64,000 nucleotides of DNA from Sulfurovum sp. UBA1140 (GCA_002311915.1 DCAF01000008.1:1735-65734), one strand, 5' to 3'. Shown: positions 39,135 through 48,414, numbered from the stretch's first letter. The notes: generated by a model not told the origin, from the sequence alone. Program-made: numbers and translations.

Positions 39135-40319
39135 TTAAAATTTAAATTGATATTGGGCTAAAACAGTGTTCTCTCTGTAGAATGAGCCTGTTTTACCACT
39201 AAAGTTTTGACCAATACCTTTATTGAATGTTTCTGTGTCTCCACCAGCAAGAACGTAGTTCACCATTACTTTATGTGAATTTCGTTTTCTTTTATTACTT
39301 CTATCCATTTTAGCATTTGCTGGATTTAGATGAAAGTTTACACCAAGGTAAGTATTACTCACATCGGAATCTCGACCATCAAGTTTTTCAGTTCCTCGAA
39401 TGTCTTTAACTGCCAGCTCTATGGTATCAGTCACATAATATGTTCCTGTAATCGCTGTTGTTTTCATATCCCAGCCTTTTCGACCTTGGATATTCTCAAC
39501 ATCATAATATTCAAATTTAACATTTGAGCGACCAAAGTGTGAGTCAACACCAAAGTTTAGAACCTTATAATCTTCACTGTCTTTTGTTCCTCCTGCCATA
39601 GGGCTTGTACCGTATGATAATTCAGTATGCAGTATTTGACCCCAATCGAACATCACACGTCCCATATAAGCATTCCCTTCTGCAGATTTTTTATCACTCT
39701 CTTTAACAGCTCCAGAACGAGTGGTTTGATTGGCAATCATAACATCGTAACCAAAACCTTTCCAAGGTCGCTCATGTCCCATCTCTAAACCATTTACTTT
39801 CCCATTGTTTCCAAAGCCTATATCACGACCAGAAACCATAAGACCTGTACCTCTTTCAAAAGCAAGTTTTTTATCAAAACCTCTTTTAATCACATCTAAG
39901 TTCCAACCAGGAATGGTAAAACCCATACCTACAGGAGTTTTGATAAGACCAGCTTTTACTTGTACGTTATTGTTAAATTTATAACCAATAAAGGCATCTT
40001 TAATAACTCTTCTAAGGGCAACATCTTCTTTGTCATCAGTTGCTTGGTTAAAGTCTAAAAATACTTTACCTACAACATTGCCAGAGAAGTATTTCCAACC
40101 CAGTCTAATACGATCTGCTCCAAATTTAACTTTTGAATCTGAATCTTCATTAATTGAACCATCACCCATACCAGCTCCAATTTGAGAAAAACCAAAGATT
40201 ACAAGTTTTGCATCACTTCCTGCATTTTTATGCTCCCAAGAGATAGCATTTGCTGTGGTTGTTGCCAATAGTGTAAATGCTAACCCTGTAGCGAGTTTAA
40301 TAATCTTTCCTCTGTTCAT
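39135..40319 (-). CDS. Outer-membrane porin (OprO/OprP-like anion porin family)
   Basis: Signal peptide, DRIRLG..GKVFLDF..IKDAFIGY..VKAGLIKTP motifs, and terminal QYQFKF. Confidence 0.75.
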   Translation of the reverse strand: MNRGKIIKLATGLAFTLLATTTANAISWEHKNAGSDAKLVIFGFSQIGAGMGDGSINEDSDSKVKFGADRIRLGWKYFSGNVVGKVFLDFNQATDDKEDVALRRVIKDAFIGYKFNNNVQVKAGLIKTPVGMGFTIPGWNLDVIKRGFDKKLAFERGTGLMVSGRDIGFGNNGKVNGLEMGHERPWKGFGYDVMIANQTTRSGAVKESDKKSAEGNAYMGRVMFDWGQILHTELSYGTSPMAGGTKDSEDYKVLNFGVDSHFGRSNVKFEYYDVENIQGRKGWDMKTTAITGTYYVTDTIELAVKDIRGTEKLDGRDSDVSNTYLGVNFHLNPANAKMDRSNKRKRNSHKVMVNYVLAGGDTETFNKGIGQNFSGKTGSFYRENTVLAQYQFKF

Positions 40320-40353
40320 TTGACATCCTTTGTAATTGTATGTATACTAGTGA

Positions 40354-40370
40354 TGTGATTTTTCATCACA
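40354..40370. promoter_or_regulatory. Palindromic operator candidate TGTGAT-N5-ATCACA upstream of the porin
   Basis: Perfect 6-bp inverted repeat 35-50 nt upstream of the porin ATG. Confidence 0.4.
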
Positions 40371-40436
40371 AACTATTGTCTCTCACCTGTAGAAGTTGGC
40401 GGTAATTGGGTGAGACGTACCTTCACTAAGCACTTT

Positions 40437-42212
40437 TTAGCACTTAGCTCCTTTTTCTGGACAACCACAAGAGTAATCCAATACCTTAACATTAGACTCC
40501 ATGCTAATATCTATCACTTTTTTCGACCGTATATAATCACTTACTACCTCATATACAGCAGGGGTTGCTTTATCCATATTCTCACCCACACTCTGTAGGT
40601 TTCCTCCCCATGAAGAGACACGGTAGGTCTTTTTAATATCAATTGGCTCTCCAGCTATTTTAAATTCAGAGATTCTCTCTCCTGATTTTGCATCTATCTT
40701 AATGCTATAGGTGGCTCCCGTTAAACGGCTCATATCTCCACCCTGTTGAAGCAGTGGGTTTTCATTAAAGACATTGTCTGCAATATCTTCCATTAATTTG
40801 GCAATGACTGAACCTTTTAAATCAAAAGTATAGACTTCAGGATAGGTGATGGCTGTCATCTCATAAACATTGTCTTTTAAAATTTTGTCACCTGGAATCA
40901 GGGTGGTTCCCCAACGGTACCCAGGGGTAAAGACGATGTCACTTTTAACCTTCTCTTGAATCGCTTGACCAATAAGTGCATCAAATGTAGAGTAGAAGGT
41001 GTCTCGTTTATAGAGAATCCCTTTCGTCGTTCCTAGTACCTCATTTAACTCTTTATCAAATGGCTTATAGGCATCTGCTACGAGTTGTTCACCCACTTTA
41101 TCAGCAGGAATAAGATTAGAAGCCACAGGCATAAGTTTAAAGTTGTATCCTGCTACTTTTTTATCTTTAATATCAAGGTCAAGTCGTCCAATATACTTAC
41201 CGTGACTTCCCGAAATTAAGATAACCGTATCATTCACAACAATAGGTTTAGGACTAGGATCATGGGTATGTCCACTTAAAATAAAGTCTACACCTTTGAC
41301 CTTCTTCGCCAACTCTTGATCTACCGAGAACCCATCATGACTTAAGACCACAATACAGTCTACTTTTTTCTCATCTCTAAGTTCATTAACATACTCTTGA
41401 AGCGACTCATGTCTTAGGGCAAAACTCCAACCCTCTGTAAATCGCTTTGGATTGGCAGTTGAGGTAAATGGAAAGGATTGTCCTATAATACCAATCTTAG
41501 CTCCACCAATCTCTTTAATACTATAAGGAGGGAAAATTAGCTCCTCAAACTCATCAGAGAATGGGTCGTTGTCAATAACATTTTGAGAGATAAATTCACC
41601 GTTAAGTTTTTTTATCAACTCCATTACTCGCTCTTTACCGTAAGTAAACTCCCAGTGACCTACCATGACATCGACACCCAAGTAGTTTTGGGCATCAACA
41701 ATCGCTTCCCCTCTGGTTTTTAGAGCCACTGCTGTTCCCTGCCATGTATCCCCACTGTCTAAAAGCAGTACATTTTTTTCACCACGCTCTTTTTTAACAT
41801 GGTCAATAATAGGTTTCATATGGGCAATCCCACCCATCTTTCCAAACTTTTGAGCCAGTGCTTCAAAGTTATTATGGGTATCAAAATATTGGTCAAGAGA
41901 ACCTGACTCTATTCCATAATGTTTCTCAAAACTGTCACCACAAATAAACCCTGGAGTTCCTACCAAATTCTTAGCAGAAATCAATGTCGAGGGTTCACGC
42001 CAATAGAGTGGCTTAATGTGGGCATGAAGGTCACAGATATGAAGAATAGTAGCTTTACCTTTAGCTTCAAAATCGACCACGTCCGAAAATGAGAGTTTGG
42101 TAATTCTCTCTTTAACTGCTTTTGATTCACCTGCAAAAAGGTTGGTTCCCGTTGCACTTAAGAGTCCCAATGCTCCAGCAATATGTAAAAAGTCTCTTCT
42201 ACTAATATCCAT
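40437..42212 (-). CDS. soxB: Thiosulfohydrolase SoxB
   Basis: Tat signal SRRDF, DLHAH, YWREPS, DSGDTWQG, GHWEF, SHDG and SGHTH motifs. Confidence 0.97.
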   Translation of the reverse strand: MDISRRDFLHIAGALGLLSATGTNLFAGESKAVKERITKLSFSDVVDFEAKGKATILHICDLHAHIKPLYWREPSTLISAKNLVGTPGFICGDSFEKHYGIESGSLDQYFDTHNNFEALAQKFGKMGGIAHMKPIIDHVKKERGEKNVLLLDSGDTWQGTAVALKTRGEAIVDAQNYLGVDVMVGHWEFTYGKERVMELIKKLNGEFISQNVIDNDPFSDEFEELIFPPYSIKEIGGAKIGIIGQSFPFTSTANPKRFTEGWSFALRHESLQEYVNELRDEKKVDCIVVLSHDGFSVDQELAKKVKGVDFILSGHTHDPSPKPIVVNDTVILISGSHGKYIGRLDLDIKDKKVAGYNFKLMPVASNLIPADKVGEQLVADAYKPFDKELNEVLGTTKGILYKRDTFYSTFDALIGQAIQEKVKSDIVFTPGYRWGTTLIPGDKILKDNVYEMTAITYPEVYTFDLKGSVIAKLMEDIADNVFNENPLLQQGGDMSRLTGATYSIKIDAKSGERISEFKIAGEPIDIKKTYRVSSWGGNLQSVGENMDKATPAVYEVVSDYIRSKKVIDISMESNVKVLDYSCGCPEKGAKC

Positions 42213-42222
42213 CTATTGCCCC

Positions 42223-42987
42223 TTATCTTTTTAAGCCTGGAATGGCGATTGGTTGTTTCTCTTTTTGAGCCAAAGTTGAGATGTATACTTCAAGTCCAAC
42301 CATCTCTTTTGAACCAATAGGAATCACTTTTAGCAGTGCATTTTTCATACAACCTTGGAATCTTCGTTGAAGTGTTCTTAGGCTAGACTTGGTCATACGG
42401 TACGCTGGCCATGTCGCACCAGCACCTACTTTACCAAGGTCAGGAAGTGGCTGTGTTCGTAGAACCATTCCTATAATATCAGCAGAGTGGCAACTTAAAC
42501 AAGAGAGTCCTCGTCCACCACGGGCTGTTTTAAATGTTTTTTCACCCAAATCGTAAGAGGCTTTGATATGTTCATCGGCTTTTATATTGATGGTAAATTG
42601 CTCTTCGTTAGCTAATGATTTAACATATGCCAACATTGAAAACATCTTTGCATTTTTGAGTTTGTATCTCTCTTTGCCTTGTTCTGTCTGCATCGCTTGA
42701 AGCACTTGGTCAATACCTACAACATTGCCCATCTTTTTGATGTATCGTGGGAAACCAGCAATATATTTAGGTAGCTCTTTTTCTGAGACACCTAAAAATT
42801 TTGCCAATGCCTCTTCTCCTCCAAGGGTCTCTTCAAGTAGCTCTCCACCCTCTTCCACAAAGATATCAGCAGGGTTGTTTTCTAACATTTCAGTATACAT
42901 CGCTCTATCGGCATCACTCATGGCAAACTGCTCTCCAGCAGTTGCCACGGTCACCATAAGAGCCAGTGGTAATAATAGCTTTCTCAT
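42223..42987 (-). CDS. soxA: Monohaem SoxA
   Basis: Single CLSCH, WPAYR and RFQGC motifs. Confidence 0.93.
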   Translation of the reverse strand: MRKLLLPLALMVTVATAGEQFAMSDADRAMYTEMLENNPADIFVEEGGELLEETLGGEEALAKFLGVSEKELPKYIAGFPRYIKKMGNVVGIDQVLQAMQTEQGKERYKLKNAKMFSMLAYVKSLANEEQFTINIKADEHIKASYDLGEKTFKTARGGRGLSCLSCHSADIIGMVLRTQPLPDLGKVGAGATWPAYRMTKSSLRTLQRRFQGCMKNALLKVIPIGSKEMVGLEVYISTLAQKEKQPIAIPGLKR

Positions 42988-42990
42988 GGT

Positions 42991-43329
42991 TTAATCCTTT
43001 GGTTTAACTTTTTTACTTTTAGAGTTCTTCTCACCTTGGTTGTCTGTATAGTCAACCGTGATTTTTCCTTTTCCTGTTACTTTATACATGACTGAAAAAT
43101 AAGGGTTGGTTGAGATCGACTCCCATATCTTCATGGTGGTAAATGGTTTACCATCAAACGAGAAGGTAATGTTGTCAATATAGTGAGCAGGTTTGATTTT
43201 TCCATTCTTTTTATCTTTAATCATCCCTGTATCCATTGGGTGAATAACAATAAAGTCAACTTTGACGGTATCACCTATTTTAAACTTCTTTGGTTTAATC
43301 TTTATCATTGATTTTCTTACTTCTGCCAT
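42991..43329 (-). CDS. soxZ: SoxZ
   Basis: HPMDTG, PAHYI and ISTNPYF motifs. Confidence 0.95.
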   Translation of the reverse strand: MAEVRKSMIKIKPKKFKIGDTVKVDFIVIHPMDTGMIKDKKNGKIKPAHYIDNITFSFDGKPFTTMKIWESISTNPYFSVMYKVTGKGKITVDYTDNQGEKNSKSKKVKPKD

Positions 43330-43411
43330 GGTTAATCCCTTAATTATTAATATTTTTTCTGCCCGTGGGCTACTTCTATTGAAAAACTTACTTTATTGAA
43401 AAAAGTAATTA

Positions 43412-43894
43412 TTAACCACATCCACCAATGGTAACTTTAACACTTTTAGCCATCTGAATAAATGAACCATCACTAAGCTCTACAAGTGCTACAACTTCTT
43501 GTGTTTTACTCAACTTAACGCGTGTTGCAAAGTATCCTTTATCATTAGCAGGAGTCAGCATTACATCAGCACATCTAGCATTTCCATTTCCTTTATTTAA
43601 AATGTGAATTGCTTTAACATAATTTGCCTCTTCCATTGGATGGTCAACATTTATTTTCACAGGAACAACCGCACCATTTTCAGCAATTTCAGGAACACTT
43701 AGTTTGATTTTATCACTCTCTTTGGCTCCTTTTCCATCGGTAATGGCTTTAACAGCTTCATCAAATGACATATCGTTAGGACCCTTTTTTGCAGGTGCCT
43801 TTTGGGTCTCTTCTGCCAATAGTGTTGTTGGTACTGTAATGGTAGCTATAATTGATGTTGCAACCATACCTTGAATAAATTTTCTTCTTTCCAT
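43412..43894 (-). CDS. soxY: SoxY sulfur carrier
   Basis: Tat signal RRKF, PEIAENGAVVP, and terminal VTIGGCG. Confidence 0.97.
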   Translation of the reverse strand: MERRKFIQGMVATSIIATITVPTTLLAEETQKAPAKKGPNDMSFDEAVKAITDGKGAKESDKIKLSVPEIAENGAVVPVKINVDHPMEEANYVKAIHILNKGNGNARCADVMLTPANDKGYFATRVKLSKTQEVVALVELSDGSFIQMAKSVKVTIGGCG

Positions 43895-43912
43895 ATCTCT
43901 TGCTCCTTGGGA

Positions 43913-44485
43913 TTATTTTTTGACCGACATAACATAAGCAGTTAGGTCACAGATTTCTGATTCATTAAAGAGTTTAGTTGTTAAGTTTACCGTCATGTGG
44001 GTCTCTTTGTTATCAACTCTAGGGTCTGCAATCTTTTGATAAACAAACTGTGCATCTCTTACTTTGGTATCAACAAACATCGCTTTATAGCCTGTTAGGT
44101 CTGGACCAATGTTTCCAGCACCTTTAGCACCTTCGATGTTATGACAGGCAACACAGTTACCATACTGCTTGGCTACCTTTTTAACTTTTCCATCTTTGGT
44201 TTTTTTTTCAGTAAATTTTACAACACCTTTAGGTGCATCTCCTTTTACCTTTTTACCATTAAGGTTATGGAAAAAAAATGAGCCTCTTTTAATAGCTTCA
44301 AGGTCATCTAGTTTACAACTTTTTGGCATGGTAAACTTAGTAGCTTCTGCTAAGAGATCTTTTTCTATCAACTTACTCGCATCAGGCATATCATACGCTT
44401 TGGTCAAATCTGTAGCAAAAATTGTGACCGTTGCAGAGACGATTGCAAGGGATACCAAAGTAAATTGTTTCATACTTCTGTTCAT
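43913..44485 (-). CDS. soxX: SoxX cytochrome
   Basis: GNCVACH, GNIGPDL and THM motifs. Confidence 0.93.
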   Translation of the reverse strand: MNRSMKQFTLVSLAIVSATVTIFATDLTKAYDMPDASKLIEKDLLAEATKFTMPKSCKLDDLEAIKRGSFFFHNLNGKKVKGDAPKGVVKFTEKKTKDGKVKKVAKQYGNCVACHNIEGAKGAGNIGPDLTGYKAMFVDTKVRDAQFVYQKIADPRVDNKETHMTVNLTTKLFNESEICDLTAYVMSVKK

Positions 44486-44530
44486 TCAAACTCCTTTTTA
44501 AGTGATACTTCAAGGAGAACTATAACGAAG

Positions 44531-44550
44531 AAGTGTAAATAAAGTGTAAA
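44531..44550 (-). promoter_or_regulatory. Tandem direct-repeat box TTTACA-N5-TTTACA facing soxX
   Basis: Minus strand TTTACACTTTATTTACACTT (11-bp period), with -10 TATAGT at 44524-44519. Confidence 0.6.
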
Positions 44551-44617
44551 AAATAATTATTTTATATAATATTTATTTATTTTAATAAAGAAGTGTGAGT
44601 AATCTATATTTTTCTGT

Positions 44618-44634
44618 TTTACAAATTTTTTACA
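44618..44634 (+). promoter_or_regulatory. Tandem direct-repeat box TTTACA-N5-TTTACA facing dsrE
   Basis: TTTACAAATTTTTTACA (11-bp period), with extended -10 TGTTATGAT at 44642-44650. Confidence 0.6.
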
Positions 44635-44680
44635 ATTATAATGTTATGATGTAGTTGAAATTTAATATCAAGGAGACTTT

Positions 44681-45148
44681 ATGAAAAAAATGATTCTGTT
44701 GCTACTTATTAATCTCTCGATGGTCTCTGCCGAAGATGCTTCGGTTAAAGTGGTGTATGATTTAACAACTAAAAATTTAGCCAGTTTTGAATTAAGAGTT
44801 CTAAAATCAATTGTGGCAAATAAAACCCACTATGAGGGACTGCTTAAAGAGTTGGATGTAACCGTGGTGGTTCATGGTGGAGCTTATAGATTTTTTACCA
44901 TTGACCCTAAAAATTCAACGTATAAAAAGGACAAAGCCCTTATTGAAACACACAAGACATTGGCAAAGCGAATTAAATCTATGGTTGAGACCTATGATGT
45001 AGAGTTTTTGATATGTGGAGTAGGAATGAAGAAGCATGGCTTAAAGAAAGAGGATGTCTACAAATTTGTAAAAATCATACCCAACTCTATGATTGGACTG
45101 ATTGATCGACAAAACGAGGGGTATGCTTATATACCTATTCGAGAGTGA
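44681..45148 (+). CDS. Secreted DsrE-family protein
   Basis: Signal peptide, VVYD, VVVHGGA, EFLICG and QNEGYAYIP motifs. Confidence 0.88.
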   Translation: MKKMILLLLINLSMVSAEDASVKVVYDLTTKNLASFELRVLKSIVANKTHYEGLLKELDVTVVVHGGAYRFFTIDPKNSTYKKDKALIETHKTLAKRIKSMVETYDVEFLICGVGMKKHGLKKEDVYKFVKIIPNSMIGLIDRQNEGYAYIPIRE

Positions 45149-46289
45149 ACGCATATCTAAAGGTTGTTCCCTCTCCTCTTTTGGAGTCTACCTTTAAGGT
45201 AATCTCCTCTTCATCAATAATATCTTTAACGATATTAAGCCCTATGCCAAATCCCCCTTTGGATTCATCTTCACGGAAGTAACGAGAAAATATTTTATTA
45301 ACATTGATAATGCCTACACCATGATCTTTGACTTCAAAGATGATATGCTTATCTTTTTGATAGAAATTTATGATGATATGACTCTGGTCGGAACTATATT
45401 TAATGGCATTAGAGATGGTGTTGTCAATAATGCGTTGTAGTTTTGTTTTAGAAAAGTTATAATTGATTTTGGGCATAATGTTGGTCATGATTTGAATGTT
45501 TTTAAGGTTGGCAATCTCTTGAAAGTAGTCGACTCTATTTTGAATAAACTCTCCCATATCTATTTTTTGAATTTTGTGTTCTACACGACCTTGCTTAATG
45601 AGGTAGTCCATATCATCATAGATGGTGGCTAATGTTTTAGACGCAGATTTCATTCTTTTCAGATATTTATTGTTGCCATACTTATTAGCAAAAAGATCTG
45701 CATTTAGATTAATAATACTCAACGGAGTATTAATTTCATGCATGGAGTCTTTAATAAAATTATCAAGTTGTCGGTTCATGTTCTCAAAGGGGGCAGAGAA
45801 ATTTTTAAGCAACAGCAACGAGAAGATAAAAAGCATGATTAAAATACCCAAAATGGTTAAAAGAGCAAAAAAGTAAATCTCATTGGCCGTATGAATGGTA
45901 GAGACCAGTAGATATTTGGCTCCAAAATAGTATTTATCAGGAAGAGGATAGATAAGATAGTAGTGTTTCCCTTCGTTATAAAAGCCTTTACTAAAAGAGG
46001 AGGGCTCAAAATCTAACGAAGAGAAGACCTCTTTGTACTGATTGGTATAGAGTGCGGTACGATACTCTTTGTAGCGTGGGAAATGGTAAACTTTGTCACT
46101 ATTGTTGTAGCGTTGCATCGAGGAGATGACTCTTTTTGCCTGTTCTTGTAAAGAGAGTTCTACTTTGGCTTCATCTATTTGTAGAAGTAACATCACATAG
46201 ATAATAAGAGGAGTGATTAATATAACTGCTAAAATAGAGGTGTAGATGGTTGCATATTTAAAAGCAAACTTTTTAGAATCAAAGGTCAA
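45135..46289 (-). CDS. Two-component sensor histidine kinase
   Basis: Two TM helices, H-box SMHEINTPL, N box SNAIKY, DHGVGI and GGFGIGL. Probable TTG start at 46289. Confidence 0.93.
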   Translation of the reverse strand: MTFDSKKFAFKYATIYTSILAVILITPLIIYVMLLLQIDEAKVELSLQEQAKRVISSMQRYNNSDKVYHFPRYKEYRTALYTNQYKEVFSSLDFEPSSFSKGFYNEGKHYYLIYPLPDKYYFGAKYLLVSTIHTANEIYFFALLTILGILIMLFIFSLLLLKNFSAPFENMNRQLDNFIKDSMHEINTPLSIINLNADLFANKYGNNKYLKRMKSASKTLATIYDDMDYLIKQGRVEHKIQKIDMGEFIQNRVDYFQEIANLKNIQIMTNIMPKINYNFSKTKLQRIIDNTISNAIKYSSDQSHIIINFYQKDKHIIFEVKDHGVGIINVNKIFSRYFREDESKGGFGIGLNIVKDIIDEEEITLKVDSKRGEGTTFRYAFTLE

Positions 46290-46938
46290 TACTGTACCCC
46301 ACACCACGAATATTTTTGATAAAATCTTGCTTTAATTTTTTACGTAAGTTCCCCACTTGTACACGAATATTGGTAGGTTCTATCCACTCCCCCCAAATTT
46401 CTTCCCAAAACATCTCGTAACTGACCACAGAGCCTCGCTGTTTAATAAGAAGTTCTAAAATTTTTGTCTCTATTTTCCCCAGTGTTATGATTTGCTTTTC
46501 TAATATAAGTTGCATTTTTTTGGTATTGTATTGATAGTTAAAAGCCAACTCTATGAGATTCTCTGAAGAGTTAAAACAGTGCAGTTTAATGACATGTTCA
46601 ACACGAAGTTTTAGCTCGGCTAAATCAAAAGGTTTCCGAATATAGTCACAGCCTCCACAGGCATACCCTTGTATTAAATCTTCTATATCAGTTAATGATG
46701 TGATAAAAATGGCAGGGGTACAGATATTGACCTGACGTAAAGAGGAGAGAAGTTGAAATCCATTCTGCTCACCTGCTACCCTAACATCTAAAAGCAGAAG
46801 ATCAAAAGGTTTATTATAAATAGCATCGAACGCACACTCTCCATTGGTGTAGTGTTCGACCTCATATCCTGAATCTTCTAAAAACTCCTGCATACTGATT
46901 GCTAATATGGTCTCATCTTCTAATATAAGTATTCTCAT
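46279..46938 (-). CDS. OmpR-family response regulator
   Basis: Receiver LLLLDV..DYIRKPF and winged-helix tail IRVQVGNLRKKL..IRGVGY. Confidence 0.95.
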   Translation of the reverse strand: MRILILEDETILAISMQEFLEDSGYEVEHYTNGECAFDAIYNKPFDLLLLDVRVAGEQNGFQLLSSLRQVNICTPAIFITSLTDIEDLIQGYACGGCDYIRKPFDLAELKLRVEHVIKLHCFNSSENLIELAFNYQYNTKKMQLILEKQIITLGKIETKILELLIKQRGSVVSYEMFWEEIWGEWIEPTNIRVQVGNLRKKLKQDFIKNIRGVGYSIDL

Positions 46939-48041
46939 TGTATCTCCCCTACCTTTCTCTCTTTATAGTTATTCTCTAAGACAATATCTATTAACTCATT
47001 TTTTGTGTATCTCTCTAAAATCTCTTTGGCCTCTTTGGTTAGAGAGATTTTATCTTCTTTATGAAGTTTGGGTAACCATTCGATTAAACGTTTATCGTAA
47101 ACGGTTTTATAACTGCCCGATGGATGCTCCCAGAGTTTAACAACTTTATAAACATCTTCATTCGAGAGTCGGGTAAAGGTAGAGATGTCTTGGTATCTTT
47201 TTTTATAATGCTCAACGGTCTCAGGAGGTAGAACAATAAGATATTTTCCTATCTCTTCTTTTGCTCCATTGTACATCGGTTCAAGGATATAAAGTATCTT
47301 CTCTTTATAGTAATAACCAAGAGTGCTAAGTTCTGCCCAATCAATAAAGTCAGCTTTTCTTTTTAATTTATTGTTAAAATTCTTATTGGCAATAATGTAT
47401 TCGTTTAAAAAAGGAAACTCTTGCATTAATGAGGCTTGTTGCAGATATTTAGTATCCATCAGTGCAAAAAGTTCAACTCCTTGTTCATGTAGCTTTTTAG
47501 AGAACTCATCCACAAATTTAATAACCTCTAAGTAGCCAATATACTCTGCGCCATTGCGTATAGGAATGGTTGCCTTAAACGTTAACATCCGACCTGTCTC
47601 CATACCAACTTTGGGTCGTTTGTTATGTTTAAGCTTCTCTAAATCGTCACGAAACCACCACATGGGCATCCCTGCCGAAGTATTTCCCCAACTCTGTGCA
47701 AAAATAAAAAAATCATTATCAAAAACTTGTAGGCGAAGAGTTTTAATGTGTGTGTACTCTTTAAATCGCTTGGTTATGGCACTCAAAATTTCATAGGCTT
47801 GTTGTTGATTATCTGCTGTTAAAGCATTTTTTAAAGCACCATCTTCTGAGAGCGCTAATGAAAAAGAGAGTAAATCAGCATTTTCATAGGCTAAATCTTT
47901 TTGAAAATCATCAATCACATAGCGACTTAATGCTTGGAGTCTATCTTTATTGCTCTCTTTTGAAAAAAAAAGAATAGAAATAGATAATATAAAAAGAACA
48001 ATAAAAAGAATAGTAAGATATAAGCCTGATATATATTTCAT
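46935..48041 (-). CDS. Stand-alone membrane-anchored Cache-domain sensor protein
   Basis: Single N-terminal TM helix and a double-Cache-like region (KVGMETGRMLTFKATIPI..IGYLEVI). No kinase or second TM. Confidence 0.7.
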   Translation of the reverse strand: MKYISGLYLTILFIVLFILSISILFFSKESNKDRLQALSRYVIDDFQKDLAYENADLLSFSLALSEDGALKNALTADNQQQAYEILSAITKRFKEYTHIKTLRLQVFDNDFFIFAQSWGNTSAGMPMWWFRDDLEKLKHNKRPKVGMETGRMLTFKATIPIRNGAEYIGYLEVIKFVDEFSKKLHEQGVELFALMDTKYLQQASLMQEFPFLNEYIIANKNFNNKLKRKADFIDWAELSTLGYYYKEKILYILEPMYNGAKEEIGKYLIVLPPETVEHYKKRYQDISTFTRLSNEDVYKVVKLWEHPSGSYKTVYDKRLIEWLPKLHKEDKISLTKEAKEILERYTKNELIDIVLENNYKERKVGEIQ

Positions 48042-48091
48042 CGGATAACTATAGTTAAAATATAATTAATAGTTAATTAAAAATTTTCCGA

Positions 48092-48216
48092 TATAATACG
48101 CCCTAAAATTGTTGTCTCGACCAAGAGCGTTGCAACAGCCCCGATATTTTGGGAAGAGCCAAAGTGCTAGAATAGGTTGGTTACCTATCAACTAAAAATT
48201 ATTTAAAGGTCTTATA
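48092..48216 (+). promoter_or_regulatory. rpmE promoter (-10 TATAAT) and structured ~110-nt leader
   Basis: TATAAT at 48092-48097. Stems TGTTG/CAACA (48110-48137) and ATAGGT/ACCTAT (48172-48188). Confidence 0.5.
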
Positions 48217-48414
48217 ATGAGAAAAGATATACACCCAGACTATAAACTATGTTCTGTTACTTGTGCATGTGGAAACAGTTTTGAAGTGAGAACAGACAAA
48301 GAGAAAATGACCATTGATATTTGTAATGAGTGTCACCCATTCTTTACAGGTTCAGAAAAAATTGTTGATGCTGCTGGTAGAATTGACAAATTTAAGAAAA
48401 AATATAACCTTTAA
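48217..48414 (+). CDS. rpmE: 50S ribosomal protein L31 (Zn-binding type A)
   Basis: [23 protein letters not shown] and GRIDKF motifs. Confidence 0.98.
   Translation: MRKDIHPDYKLCSVTCACGNSFEVRTDKEKMTIDICNECHPFFTGSEKIVDAAGRIDKFKKKYNL

Noticed and set aside
40430-40445. Selenocysteine read-through at the Cys-rich SoxB end
   Set aside because: The stop codon is TAA, not TGA.
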